Assembly: GCA_964508365.1 (NCBI GenBank)
Contig: CAZDTP010000002.1
Span: 64,001 to 128,000, forward strand
Origin: an uncultured archaeon
Lineage (GTDB): Archaea > Asgardarchaeota > Lokiarchaeia > Sigyniarchaeales > SOKP01
DNA: 64,000 nt
Reading direction: 5' to 3'
Under the pieces are notes generated by a model, which was not told the DNA's origin, made no database searches, and saw only the letters and a program-made list of their open reading frames with translations. This document shows positions 1 to 10,580 of the stretch, in pieces. The translations under genes were made by a program, and so were the position numbers. Positions within the stretch are counted from its first letter, which is position 1. The number at the start of each line of letters is the position of its first letter.

Positions 1-1
1 T

Positions 2-340
2 GAAGAATCTTGAATTTTTAATTAAATCCAAAAAACTTTTTTCTAAATCTTCTTTTTTTTCATAGATATTAATAATTTGGTTCGAATGGCATTTCGGACA
101 AGACTTTAAGAGTTGACTTTTCTGAACTATATTTCCCTCTCCACAATCTTCACATATCTTCTTATCTCCTGATTCAGAAATAGTTATATTCGTTGAGTCA
201 CAATCTTGACAAATAAATGTTTTTATTTTTTCTTCGTGTAAGCAATCGGAACAACAGCTGATCCCACATTTTTCACAATAATACGCCAGTTTCACATCTC
301 TTTGACAGAAACGGCAAATTTGGAAGTGCTGATCCGACAT
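2..340 (-). CDS. Cys-rich multi-zinc-finger protein (B-box-like N-terminus plus zinc ribbons), 3' end runs off the window
   Basis: Not in the ORF track. Manual translation from ATG at 340: MSDQHFQICRFCQRDVKLAYYCEKCGISCCSDCLHEEKIKTFICQDCDSTN...ICEDCGEG...SCPKCHSNQ..., open to the window edge, with six CxxC pairs. Confidence 0.8.
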   Translation of the reverse strand, partial: MSDQHFQICRFCQRDVKLAYYCEKCGISCCSDCLHEEKIKTFICQDCDSTNITISESGDKKICEDCGEGNIVQKSQLLKSCPKCHSNQIINIYEKKEDLEKSFLDLIKNSRFF

Positions 341-497
341 AATTAGTTTTAAACCCGAATTATTTAAATTAAAAAACACACAATTTTTGATCGCTTTATC
401 AACAGAAATAGATGAAAAAATACTACAAAAATAAGTATGTTATTGAAATATTACCTAAGCACTCTTTAAAATTTGTAGGAACAACACTTAAAAAAAG

Positions 498-791
498 TTA
501 TTTTATAATTTTCACTTTAGTTCCCAGTGCTTGACCAGGTACACCAGCTTTTTTGAAATGAGCTCTTATAGCACCATTATTACCATGGGCTCGTGTTATC
601 GTCCCTTTCAATTCTTTTCCCGTAGAACTTACCCATACTACTATCCTTCCAATTAACTTATTAGCCTCTTTTCTATTGTTAATATTTGGAAATACGATTA
701 TACAATGTTTAGGGTGAAGAGTATGGCGACCCTGCCGATAGTTGGAGATGCTACCCTCCATACCTAATATATCTAATTTATTTAAAGTCAT
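498..791 (-). CDS. rpl35ae: 50S ribosomal protein L35Ae (eL33)
   Basis: NYRQGRH, LIGRIVVW, GTITRAHGNNGAIRAHF and PGQALG match the L35Ae family. The start may be the ATG at 761. Confidence 0.93.
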   Translation of the reverse strand: MTLNKLDILGMEGSISNYRQGRHTLHPKHCIIVFPNINNRKEANKLIGRIVVWVSSTGKELKGTITRAHGNNGAIRAHFKKAGVPGQALGTKVKIIK

Positions 792-937
792 TTTAAGAAA
801 CCACCAGTAATTATTAGAATTACTTAATAGTTAGAAGAAATATTTAAAAAAATAAAAATTTTCGTAAATGTAGTTCTTTTTATCTTAGATTTTAAAAAAA
901 GAAAACTTTTTGAACAAAACCCATTTAATATAATCCA

Positions 938-2332
938 ATGAAGGTTGCGTTTAATAGGACAAAAATTACACCTAAGGATTATATAGGGAAACCCATGGCA
1001 GGGTATGCTCGCAAAGATCTCTGCTTAGGGAAACTAGATGATATTCATGCTCATGGTGTTTTAATAAACATAAATAGTGGTAATAATAAATATAATTTAC
1101 TATTAATTTCGGTTGATTTATTAAAATTACCACTTTCGATTGTGGAGTATATTAAAAAGAGATTGATTTCTAAATTTAAGTCATTAAAACCAGACGAAAT
1201 ATTTCTACATGCTACTCACACCCATTCCTCATTTGATCTTACAGGTGAGTTTTACTATCCTGGCGGAACATTAGGATTCATAAAAGGGGTGATGTTTGCT
1301 GATAACAAAAACGACAGATTTATTGTATGGATGACTAATAGAATTGTGAGAATGGTTAGTAAACTATTTGAGGATTTAGAGCAATGCAAGATAGCTTGGA
1401 AAAAAGAAAGTTTTAACCCCGATATTGTTCTTAATCGAAGATGGCCAAAGAGGAAGGTTCTACCAGATTTAGGAATAATTGCTTTTAAAAAATTAGAAGA
1501 TAGTAAATTAATCGGAATTCTAATTAATTATTCGTGTCATCCGACCACATTATCATATAAAAATAATCTACTATCGGCTGATTTCCCGGGGAGGGTAATT
1601 TCTAAAGTTGATGATTTAACAAGTGGAAGCATCAAATCTATTTATTTTAACGGTCCATCTGGAGATTTAAACCCAATAACAACCTCAGGGACTAATTTGG
1701 AGAAAATAAATGAAGATAAGACGTTATCCTATGACCAGTTAGGAACTTACAAACATACAAAAAAAATTGGGTATACAATTGGCGAAGAAGCCTTAAAATT
1801 TGCTAATTCTATTCCTGAAGAGGATTATTCTACATTTACAGAGGTTGAAATATATACAAAGAAATTATTAATTCCCCAGAAAGATGCGAAATATTATTCA
1901 AAGGTATGGTTTTCAAATAAAGTTAAGTGGTTAATAAAAAAATATTTTTTATTTAAAATAGCCAAGTTTGATTATAAGTTTGTTAATTTTCCATTTTTTA
2001 CGGTTGAGCGCAAGAATTTAAAGAATTACGGAAAAACAGTAGTTGGTTTTATTAAATTTAAAGCAAGTAATAAGAAAACTTACGGAATAATAACGATTCC
2101 TGGTGAATTATTTGAAGAAATTGGAAAAACTCTAATTTCAAATTCCCCAACTAAGATGGAAAACACTTTAATTTTTCAAAATTGTCAAGATTGGATAGGT
2201 TATTTATTCCCATTAGAAATGTATATTAAAGAAGGCGGGTATGAACCATTTATGTGTTTTAGTCCTCTGTGTGGTGCTTATATAGAAAATGCTGCTAAGA
2301 AATTTTTAAAGGAAATTAAAGATAAATCTTAG
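938..2332 (+). CDS. Neutral/alkaline ceramidase-family amidohydrolase
   Basis: ITP..GKPMAGY, HATHTHS metal motif, NYSCHPT, SADFPG, GPSGDLNP and PGELF motifs. Confidence 0.8.
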   Translation: MKVAFNRTKITPKDYIGKPMAGYARKDLCLGKLDDIHAHGVLININSGNNKYNLLLISVDLLKLPLSIVEYIKKRLISKFKSLKPDEIFLHATHTHSSFDLTGEFYYPGGTLGFIKGVMFADNKNDRFIVWMTNRIVRMVSKLFEDLEQCKIAWKKESFNPDIVLNRRWPKRKVLPDLGIIAFKKLEDSKLIGILINYSCHPTTLSYKNNLLSADFPGRVISKVDDLTSGSIKSIYFNGPSGDLNPITTSGTNLEKINEDKTLSYDQLGTYKHTKKIGYTIGEEALKFANSIPEEDYSTFTEVEIYTKKLLIPQKDAKYYSKVWFSNKVKWLIKKYFLFKIAKFDYKFVNFPFFTVERKNLKNYGKTVVGFIKFKASNKKTYGIITIPGELFEEIGKTLISNSPTKMENTLIFQNCQDWIGYLFPLEMYIKEGGYEPFMCFSPLCGAYIENAAKKFLKEIKDKS

Positions 2333-2349
2333 AAATAGGTCAAGGATAT

Positions 2350-3558
2350 CTATACAATCTGCTTTTCTGCTAATTCCCACGCCTTTTTATTTAAATTAAT
2401 GTACTTATTCAGATATTCATTTTCTGATAGAGATGATGCTTGATTTGCGATTGTTTTCTCTTCTGTTATCAACTTTTTTTCAATTTGTGCCAATTTATCA
2501 AGGTATACCTGCTTTTCTGGTTTAATAGAGCGTTTTTTGTATGGTTTAATGAATTCTTTATGTCTTGACCAAAACCACATAGGATCGAGCTCTTCATAAG
2601 GTCCTGGTTTTTTTACGGAAAATTTTTGACCTTCTGCGGGAAAAATATAAGGTTTAAATACATTTAAACATGGAAGCGAGCCTCCAGTAAACCAATGGAC
2701 AGAATTTTTTACATTTTTTTTTAGGTGAGAAATCTGAGAACCAGTTGATTGAAAAGATCCGTGCATACAAATACCTACATCGTGTTCTCTTAAAAAATCC
2801 ATCATTAAAGAAGGGTTTATTGTTTTTCTATTTTCCTTTAACATGTTAAGAGTACAACCATCTCGCGACTCTGGTGAAAAACTGTTTGGAATCTGTGGAT
2901 CTGAAAAAATTATCGCAAAGTCAAAATCCTCATCATCTTTACAATATCCACTATCGATGGCATGTTGGATAATACCTTTCCGTCTCATATCTCCTTTACC
3001 TCTTATAGATAAGTTGTTAGAAATTGATCTAATCTCTTTGACTGTTTCTACAATCCACCATTTATCAGCCGTTTCTAGAACGAATGCTTCGTTATTATCT
3101 GCAATTATATAGGAATTATGATAAATCCATCCTTGTTGGTTGTAAGCACAACTTCCTCCTTGTCCATATCTTTCTAATAAATCGGTAATTACTTCTAGAG
3201 CTTCTTTTGCAGATTTACCGCGTTCTAAACCTAACCGGAGCAAATCCATACCTAATAATCCGGTTTCGTAATATTTTTCTTTTGAATATACCGCTTCATT
3301 TCCTATTACGACACCATATTCATTTGAACCCATTTCACAACCAAACATCCAGAATGGTTGACTCATAATTAGCGCCGCTGTTTCTTTAACTTGTGGTATA
3401 GAAATATACGTACACTTTACCTGGTCTCCTTTTGAATAACCTTTTTTTGGACTGAATGTTATTAATTGAGCTTCAGCTTGAGGTCTGTCGCTATTTTTTC
3501 CGAATATTACGTTACCATCTTCCGTAGAATTTCCTAACGCTACTAAAGTATCACACAT
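2350..3558 (-). CDS. Secernin-like peptidase C69 (Ntn-hydrolase dipeptidase)
   Basis: N-terminal MCDT nucleophile, FGKNSDRP, GCEMGSNEYGVVIGNEAV and LLGMDLLRLGLER motifs. Confidence 0.9.
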   Translation of the reverse strand: MCDTLVALGNSTEDGNVIFGKNSDRPQAEAQLITFSPKKGYSKGDQVKCTYISIPQVKETAALIMSQPFWMFGCEMGSNEYGVVIGNEAVYSKEKYYETGLLGMDLLRLGLERGKSAKEALEVITDLLERYGQGGSCAYNQQGWIYHNSYIIADNNEAFVLETADKWWIVETVKEIRSISNNLSIRGKGDMRRKGIIQHAIDSGYCKDDEDFDFAIIFSDPQIPNSFSPESRDGCTLNMLKENRKTINPSLMMDFLREHDVGICMHGSFQSTGSQISHLKKNVKNSVHWFTGGSLPCLNVFKPYIFPAEGQKFSVKKPGPYEELDPMWFWSRHKEFIKPYKKRSIKPEKQVYLDKLAQIEKKLITEEKTIANQASSLSENEYLNKYINLNKKAWELAEKQIV

Positions 3559-3882
3559 TTTATTTCCTCGTACAATTCATATAATTTTCTTTATAGTTTA
3601 GAAAAAATGATTAAAAATTTTTAAAATTTGATGAAATAATGAGTTAGATTTGATAGATTTCGCGCTATAAAAGAAAGTCACCAACTTTACAAATATAAAC
3701 ATTGATCTTATTTAATCTGAATTTTAAATTGATTTTCTTAGGCATGCTATTGATTCAAACAATAATCATTTTTAATTAACCTTTTATAAAAATAACATTT
3801 TAAGTCTATGACTATATAAATACAATTACTGATTTCTTAGGCTTTTTTTCTGTAATTTAAGTTTCAAAAAAAATGAGCTAAA

Positions 3883-5679
3883 TTGATGGAAAATAAGAAT
3901 TGTGTGTGGATTTTCTCATTTGAATATGCCGGTGTGGTAAAAGTTGGAGGGCTTGGAGAAGTACCAGCAAATCAGGCGAAACATTTATCTGAACAGTTCA
4001 AAATTACCGTATTTATGCCCTCACATGGAAAGGTTGAAGACTTAAAAAGTAAATATACTATGGAAAAATTACCCTTCACCTGTGTTGGAACTATTAACCC
4101 TACTCTGTTTGGAATAATGGAGGAAGAAACGAGTTATAATATCTCGTTTTATAAATTTAAAAAAGAAAATGTTGAAATCATTCTATTTTCTGGCGATAAT
4201 TCATTTACATCAAAATTCTTGGATGACAACAATGTGTATAATCCTAATACCATAATGGGAAAAATTGCGTTATTTAGTCTAGGAATTCGTTGTTTAGTAG
4301 GCTATTTCATTGAAAGCAAAAGAAATGATTTACCTAAAATAGTACATTTACATGATTATCATGCGGTTTTGCCCTTTTTCGGGATGAAACAAGTTTTGGC
4401 AAGAAATGGATTGGAAGTTGCATCATTATTAACCATACATTTAATGACATGGCCTAGGTTCGAATATAATTTTTACAGAATTTGTGCAATTGATGACACA
4501 CCAATCAGAGTTTTGCTTAGTAGCGGATTTGAAATGTTAAACTTGAACCAAATTCTGCAAATATCTCAATTCGACGAAAATAAGTGGACAGAATTTGTAA
4601 TGCCTGCGGTTGAAAAAATTGGAGCTATTATTTCGGATATAGTGACTACTGTAAGCGAATCGTATTTAAATTCCGATATCATACCAAATTGTGGAAAGGG
4701 ATTAATAGAATTTAAAGCAGATTTTCTTTGGGATGGTTGCGATTGGGATTATTATGAAATTTTTAATCAAGTTATTGAGACTCATGGGAATGAGATTCGT
4801 AATTTTATACAAATTAACGACAATACTGAAATTAATGAACAGAATATGAAGAGATTTTTATTGGAGTATAAAATCGGGCATCTCAGCCATAGTCCACTAA
4901 TTAGTTCTCAAAACGTATTAAACACCATAAATGAAATCTCGAATGGAAACCCATTAATCAAAAACGGTAACATTAAAGCTTTTTTGGATTCAGGTCCATT
5001 AGTTTTAACAACTGGCCGAATTTCACCCCAAAAGGGATTTGATATCATTTTTGAAGCTGTTCCCGAAGTCTTGAAGGTTATACCTAATGTGAAATTTCTT
5101 TTTTTGCTACTACCTACGGATTATAGTATAAATGAAATTAAAACTTATTCACAATTCGTGAAGCAATATCCTCAGAACATCAGAATCATTTTTGGTGTAG
5201 CTTCAGACATTTTTTACTTAGCACATTTATCTGCAGATGTTTATTGTGCATTATCGAGATGGGAACCTTTTGGTATTATGGCGCTAGAAGCGATGGCATG
5301 TAAAATTCCTATTATCGCTACAAAAGTAGGAGGTTTGCAAGAAACTATTGTTGATGCTGTATTGAATCCAAAAACGGGTACGGGAATTTTAATTGATAGA
5401 GATAATCCTGATCAATTCGCTAAAGCTCTAATTTCCTTATGTAAATCGCTAGAAGTCGCTCATTTGGTTAACTCTTCTGAAAGTCACACAATCTTTGATA
5501 CAGATACACTTAAAATCGTTAATCAAATACCTGACGAAGTTATAAAATCACACGTTCTTCTAAATCACACGTTTTTTAATTCTATAAAAGAAAATTGTTA
5601 CAAAAGGGTGAAAGAAAATTTTACATGGAGTATAGTTTCTAAAAAATTAGCTCTTCTATACGAAAATTTAAATTCCTAA
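3883..5679 (+). CDS. glgA: Glycogen/starch synthase (GT5)
   Basis: KVGGLGEV ADP-glucose motif, HLHDYH, LLTIH, GRISPQKG and SRWEPFGIMALEAM motifs. Confidence 0.85.
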   Translation: MMENKNCVWIFSFEYAGVVKVGGLGEVPANQAKHLSEQFKITVFMPSHGKVEDLKSKYTMEKLPFTCVGTINPTLFGIMEEETSYNISFYKFKKENVEIILFSGDNSFTSKFLDDNNVYNPNTIMGKIALFSLGIRCLVGYFIESKRNDLPKIVHLHDYHAVLPFFGMKQVLARNGLEVASLLTIHLMTWPRFEYNFYRICAIDDTPIRVLLSSGFEMLNLNQILQISQFDENKWTEFVMPAVEKIGAIISDIVTTVSESYLNSDIIPNCGKGLIEFKADFLWDGCDWDYYEIFNQVIETHGNEIRNFIQINDNTEINEQNMKRFLLEYKIGHLSHSPLISSQNVLNTINEISNGNPLIKNGNIKAFLDSGPLVLTTGRISPQKGFDIIFEAVPEVLKVIPNVKFLFLLLPTDYSINEIKTYSQFVKQYPQNIRIIFGVASDIFYLAHLSADVYCALSRWEPFGIMALEAMACKIPIIATKVGGLQETIVDAVLNPKTGTGILIDRDNPDQFAKALISLCKSLEVAHLVNSSESHTIFDTDTLKIVNQIPDEVIKSHVLLNHTFFNSIKENCYKRVKENFTWSIVSKKLALLYENLNS

Positions 5680-5776
5680 GCTTTAACTGTTTTTAGAACA
5701 GAAAAGGTGTATAATTATAAATAATTAATAATTTTTTTCTCTCTCCAATTCTTAATCTTTTAATAATACGGATATA

Positions 5777-7975
5777 CTAATTAGAATTCCAAAAACTATT
5801 TAGATTCTGGAAGAGAATTTTAGGTTTATCTGGAATAAGTTCTAATTCATTTCTTATCCACTCAGCAATCCATTTGGATTTTTGTTTAAAGCGGGAATCC
5901 ATGAAAATTATAGCCCCCCTATCTTTTATTTTTCTTATAGGGCGTCCAGAAGCTTGATTTGCCCGTTGAATCGCGGGATAAAGATAAGCAAAATTCCATC
6001 CCTGTTTGTTAAAAACTTTATCGTAATATTCAATTTTTGCATTAACACGAGGAGTAGGTAAGTGATAAGGAAAACCAGCGATGATTACAGAATTCATATG
6101 ATCACCAGGATAATCCTCTCCTTCTGAATTTCTTCCACCACATACTCCTAACAAAATTGCTCCATTACGAGGTTTAGAAGCCATTGATTTAAAATCGTTT
6201 ATTAATTCAGCATTTTCAGAGGCAGAAAGACCAGGTTCCTCAATAAATAGCTTCTTGTTGTAATTCATAGCGATAGGTTCAATGCCGCTATTAGCTAATG
6301 CATTTAGAATTTTGTACGATGCACAAAATATACCGATATTTGCTGGGGTGCTACTTATAACTTCTTCAATTTTAGAGAGCATCTTTTTAAACATTAGAGG
6401 ATTTCGATTTTCTCTACGAGTATCCACACCTTCAGTTATAATAGCTTTAATATTTTGTTTTTGAAATGGAGAATCGGCGATTATACCCTTGTAACTTTTT
6501 CCACTTTGTTGTAAACTCATTAAATTATTATATACATATGGATTTACGGTTCCTGAAAGATGCAAGCTCGTATAACATTCTTTCAAAATAGGAATAGCGA
6601 TTTCTCTAGGATCTAATGCAACTATTTCTATAGAGATTGTAGATTTCCCTTTAACCTCTTTTTTATTATAACAGAAGAAATAGTTTTCCAGTAGATAACA
6701 CCTTATCCATTTTATCCAAAATTCTGCCAAGGACCCTAAATAATCTCTTGAGATTTCTCCATTAGCTAATTTCTCTTCGTGAACTGAAACACTAAAATCT
6801 AGTAAATCATTAACGAAATTTTTAAACTCATTCAAATTAACAATGCGTAAGATAGAATACACTTGAGCTAAGAATTTTTCCGCATCTATTTCTTTTTCAA
6901 AAACATTAAGATTTTTTTTCTTTTTATCTAAGTGACTTATAAGAGCCGTCACGAATGCTTGCATAATAGTTGGTGAACGATATATCTCAAGATCTTTTAA
7001 ACATAATCTAAGCGAATATGGAGTTATCCTATCGGAGTTAACTTCAGTTGCTATATCAATAACATTATGGCATTCATCGAGAACTAAAATGCAATTAGTT
7101 AATTCTTTATCTATAAATTGCATAAAATTTTGCCGGATAGATGGGTTAAATAACCATTGATAATTACATATTATCAGTTTCATATCTTTTAAGAGAAATT
7201 TGCTCAAAAAATAAGGACACAATTTTTGTTCGCTACAAAATTTTATTAAATCTTCAGCATCTACGGGGACATCGAAAATTTCAGGAGCGATATTAATTAA
7301 ATTATCATATTGATCTCTCTTTTTAATTAGGTTGAGAAAAAATTTACAGCTCCTATTTTTTCTTAAATCTGAGCACACAGCCATTGATTCTCGGGGATTA
7401 AGTTTTAAAGACAAAAGTACTTCATTAAGGCACATTTCGTTCCTTCCCCGAATAGAAAGTCCGTTAACCTTAATATTGATTTCATTATTTCTCAAATGAT
7501 TAGAAATTTTTGTAAGTTCCTTGATAATCCGAGTGTTTTGGGAGTGGGTGCGACATAAATATATTATCTTTAAATTCTTTTTAATTGCTAATGGTAACAT
7601 GGCGCTTAAAGCGATAATGGTCTTACCTGTTCCGTTCGGTGCTGCAAGTAAAGAATTTTTTTTTTCTTGAGAAGCTTTTTCGATTTGCTTTATGATACTC
7701 TCTTGCTCTTTTCTAAAATGAACATAGGGAAAAAAGGTTAGGTAACTGATTTTTTGAGGATTTGAATTACTGGTATCTTTATCTGATTTTTTTTTATTCT
7801 CCGCATTAGAGTTGTTATCATCAAAACTTGCATGATCAATTTCATGCAATAAGTCGTTGTCATTGTTTACTACTAATCTACCCTTTTTCAGAATATAAGA
7901 GAGAGAACAAGTTTTACAATAAAATCGATTATTACTAGGAAATAATACTTTTTCGCAGTTTGGGCAAAATTTCAT
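5777..7975 (-). CDS. xpd: XPD/Rad3 family Fe-S DNA helicase with an N-terminal zinc ribbon
   Basis: APNGTGKT Walker A, RTHSQ, four Fe-S Cys (EMC, AVC, RSC, LCPY), LDECHN, LSGT, SEGEDY and QASGRPIR motifs. Confidence 0.92.
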   Translation of the reverse strand: MKFCPNCEKVLFPSNNRFYCKTCSLSYILKKGRLVVNNDNDLLHEIDHASFDDNNSNAENKKKSDKDTSNSNPQKISYLTFFPYVHFRKEQESIIKQIEKASQEKKNSLLAAPNGTGKTIIALSAMLPLAIKKNLKIIYLCRTHSQNTRIIKELTKISNHLRNNEINIKVNGLSIRGRNEMCLNEVLLSLKLNPRESMAVCSDLRKNRSCKFFLNLIKKRDQYDNLINIAPEIFDVPVDAEDLIKFCSEQKLCPYFLSKFLLKDMKLIICNYQWLFNPSIRQNFMQFIDKELTNCILVLDECHNVIDIATEVNSDRITPYSLRLCLKDLEIYRSPTIMQAFVTALISHLDKKKKNLNVFEKEIDAEKFLAQVYSILRIVNLNEFKNFVNDLLDFSVSVHEEKLANGEISRDYLGSLAEFWIKWIRCYLLENYFFCYNKKEVKGKSTISIEIVALDPREIAIPILKECYTSLHLSGTVNPYVYNNLMSLQQSGKSYKGIIADSPFQKQNIKAIITEGVDTRRENRNPLMFKKMLSKIEEVISSTPANIGIFCASYKILNALANSGIEPIAMNYNKKLFIEEPGLSASENAELINDFKSMASKPRNGAILLGVCGGRNSEGEDYPGDHMNSVIIAGFPYHLPTPRVNAKIEYYDKVFNKQGWNFAYLYPAIQRANQASGRPIRKIKDRGAIIFMDSRFKQKSKWIAEWIRNELELIPDKPKILFQNLNSFWNSN

Positions 7976-8076
7976 GATAAAAATAGTTGTTTATCTTATA
8001 ATCTTAATATAAATTCAAAGTTAATATTTGTAAAGACCATATAAGTTTATTTATTAATGCTTAATTTTATAAGAAA

Positions 8077-8946
8077 ATGAGTGAAAAGAATAATAAACAA
8101 GAGTTTTTACTTTTAAGAGAATTACTCAATGAGTCTTTACTCCGTGATTTGATTATTTTTATTATATTTTATCTCTTTATTTTGGCTCAATCTTGGAAAA
8201 ACATTTTTTTATTGCTTTTTCCGGTAATTACTTACACTTTTTCTCTATTTTTTCGAGTAATTAATGCTAACAAATGGAGATTATCAATTTATGATAACAC
8301 GATCAAATACAGTCCTCTTGGATTAGAAAAAAAACATGCTAATAGATTGATTTTTACTGCGATATTACAATTAATATTACTTTTTTGGATTGGTGGGGAA
8401 TCATATTATCATCCCCAACTCATTCAGACTTATGATTTTTTTTTTAATATTATATTTAATTTCATTTACACATTTGGTTTTTATTGGATCTTAATTGATA
8501 TTTGGAGATATTCCAAAATAACCATTAAAACTAGAGATAATATCGAAGAAATCACAGAAATACTAGTAAATCACCTAAATCTTAAAAAATTTAAGCTACT
8601 TTACCTAATAAACCTAGGTACGTTTATCTTTTTAAATATTTTAAACCTGAGTATAGTAATTCTGACGGAAATTAATGGGCTTCTTGGAATTATGTATATA
8701 CTTCCAGGGACTGGAATAGAAAGTTCATTGCCATTGAAAATCTCAGTAAGTTCATTACTAATTATAGTAATTTCTCCACTGATAACCATCCTACTTTTTT
8801 ACCTTATTTATAAAAATATATCTAGCATAAACCCCACTGAATTAATAGAAAAGCTCCATTTATTACCAGATAGCAAGCAAAACAATATTATTGAAATATT
8901 AAAAAATATAAATCACAAATACTCTAGAGATTTCAGTAGTGAATAA
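8077..8946 (+). CDS. Hypothetical multi-pass membrane protein
   Basis: 289-aa ORF with about six hydrophobic segments and no recognised family motif. Confidence 0.7.
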   Translation: MSEKNNKQEFLLLRELLNESLLRDLIIFIIFYLFILAQSWKNIFLLLFPVITYTFSLFFRVINANKWRLSIYDNTIKYSPLGLEKKHANRLIFTAILQLILLFWIGGESYYHPQLIQTYDFFFNIIFNFIYTFGFYWILIDIWRYSKITIKTRDNIEEITEILVNHLNLKKFKLLYLINLGTFIFLNILNLSIVILTEINGLLGIMYILPGTGIESSLPLKISVSSLLIIVISPLITILLFYLIYKNISSINPTELIEKLHLLPDSKQNNIIEILKNINHKYSRDFSSE

Positions 8947-9025
8947 AATATTGAATAAAAGTTTTAAAAAAAAATATATTATTTTTACAATCTATTGCTA
9001 ACAAATTTTAGTAAATTTCTCAATA

Positions 9026-9568
9026 ATGTCGCAACAATCTGATCTAAAGCGCCAGTTTTTATTTAAAATCGTTGTAGTAGGTGATGGTGGCGTTGGAAAG
9101 AGTACTATGATACAACGGTTAATTACTGGTCATTTCGTGCCAATGAAGATTACAATTGGAACTGATCTATTGACATGGAGCACAACGAGAGGTGATACTG
9201 GAATTAAGCTTCAAATATGGGATTTTGCTGGTGAAAAAAGATTCAGATTCTTCCTGCCAAACTATTCTAGAGGGGCTCAAGGTTGTTTACTCTGCTATGA
9301 TATTTCGAGATATACTAGCTTTCAGAACCTTCAAGAATGGTATGATATCGTAAAAGAGAATACGAATGATATAATTTTCTTTATGGTTGGAGGAAAAGCC
9401 GACCTTTCAGACTCAAGAAGGACTGTTCAAAAAGATGAAGCAGAAGAATTCAAGCACGAACACAATATACCTTTTCTGATAGAAACGAGTTCGAAAACCG
9501 GAGAAAATAATATTAACGTTTTTGAAACTTTAGTAGAAGCAATGCTAAAAAAGAGAGATTTAATTTAA
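9026..9568 (+). CDS. Rab-like small GTPase (eukaryotic signature protein)
   Basis: GDGGVGKS (G1), TIG (G2), WDFAGEKRFR (G3), GGKAD (G4) and ETSSK (G5). No C-terminal prenylation cysteines. Confidence 0.93.
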   Translation: MSQQSDLKRQFLFKIVVVGDGGVGKSTMIQRLITGHFVPMKITIGTDLLTWSTTRGDTGIKLQIWDFAGEKRFRFFLPNYSRGAQGCLLCYDISRYTSFQNLQEWYDIVKENTNDIIFFMVGGKADLSDSRRTVQKDEAEEFKHEHNIPFLIETSSKTGENNINVFETLVEAMLKKRDLI

Positions 9569-9686
9569 AGATTTTACTCATTTTATACCTAAATGCATCT
9601 CTGTTCATATTAAGGCAGATTGGTGTTTATTTATCTTTTTACTAAGATAAAAACCTCTTAAAAAAATTTGTCTTATTTTTTACAAT

Positions 9687-10547
9687 CTAAAGGATTCCAA
9701 TTGCCATTTCTAAGATGAATTTATGATTTTCAGCCCACAAAAAAAAGATCTTATTTCTAATGGGAATCATTACCGTCTCTGTCATTTGTATATATTTATC
9801 TGTATTTTCAAATTTAAATTTAGGTAAATGTCCTTTAAATTTTTTACCTTTAATCTCAATTTTACTTTCAATTAACTTAACATCTACTACTCCTATACCT
9901 TTGTTTAAAATTTCCTCCTTGCCTTTTCTTGAAAGCATATCAAACATATAATTCAATGTGTTTTCATCATTTTCAACATCTCGATTATACTTAAATACCA
10001 TAAATCCAGCATCTTTTACAAATTTTGCATCAGGGATTAACAAAGTAGTATCATACGCTTCAAATTCATGTGAGATCTGAAATTTCTCGACAATATGCTC
10101 AATAACCTTCCAGCCTTTTTCATAAAGAGGATTCAAATAAGGTTTCAAAAAATCATCAATTTCATTGACAGAAAATTCAACACTCTCTAAATACATAGTT
10201 TCTAATTTATCGATAACTTCTAATTCAATTTTTTTAAGTATTTCAAATTCCTTTTTCTTCTTGTTGATTATTCTACTCATATACAATTCAGGACTTATTG
10301 CGGCATAGATTTTCGCACCTTTTGGACCCTCATATTCTGAATTTTTTCTTACACATCCCCTATCATGAAGTCTATTAAGGATAGAGTAGATGGTTGTTCT
10401 TTTTATAGGTAAATGATCTGTTAAATCTTTAATATATGTTCCCTTTTTGCCATGTTGTATCAGAGTAATATAAATTAAAGCTTCTTCCCGTGTTAATCCA
10501 GTTTTTTGTAAACCTTGTATGTATTCTTCAGTTGTATCACCTTTCAT
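9687..10547 (-). CDS. TrmB-family transcriptional regulator
   Basis: N-terminal GLTREEALIYITL...RTTIYSILNRLHDRG...YAAISP is the typical TrmB winged HTH. Confidence 0.85.
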   Translation of the reverse strand: MKGDTTEEYIQGLQKTGLTREEALIYITLIQHGKKGTYIKDLTDHLPIKRTTIYSILNRLHDRGCVRKNSEYEGPKGAKIYAAISPELYMSRIINKKKKEFEILKKIELEVIDKLETMYLESVEFSVNEIDDFLKPYLNPLYEKGWKVIEHIVEKFQISHEFEAYDTTLLIPDAKFVKDAGFMVFKYNRDVENDENTLNYMFDMLSRKGKEEILNKGIGVVDVKLIESKIEIKGKKFKGHLPKFKFENTDKYIQMTETVMIPIRNKIFFLWAENHKFILEMAIGIL

Positions 10548-10570
10548 TAATTATAATTTAGGTTTTCAAC

Positions 10571-10576
10571 TATAAA
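10571..10576 (-). promoter_or_regulatory. Candidate TATA box (TTTATA) for the TrmB gene, implying a leaderless transcript
   Basis: Minus-strand TTTATA lies 24 nt upstream of the ATG at 10547, the usual archaeal spacing. The AT-rich background weakens this call. Confidence 0.4.
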
Positions 10577-10580
10577 AAGG

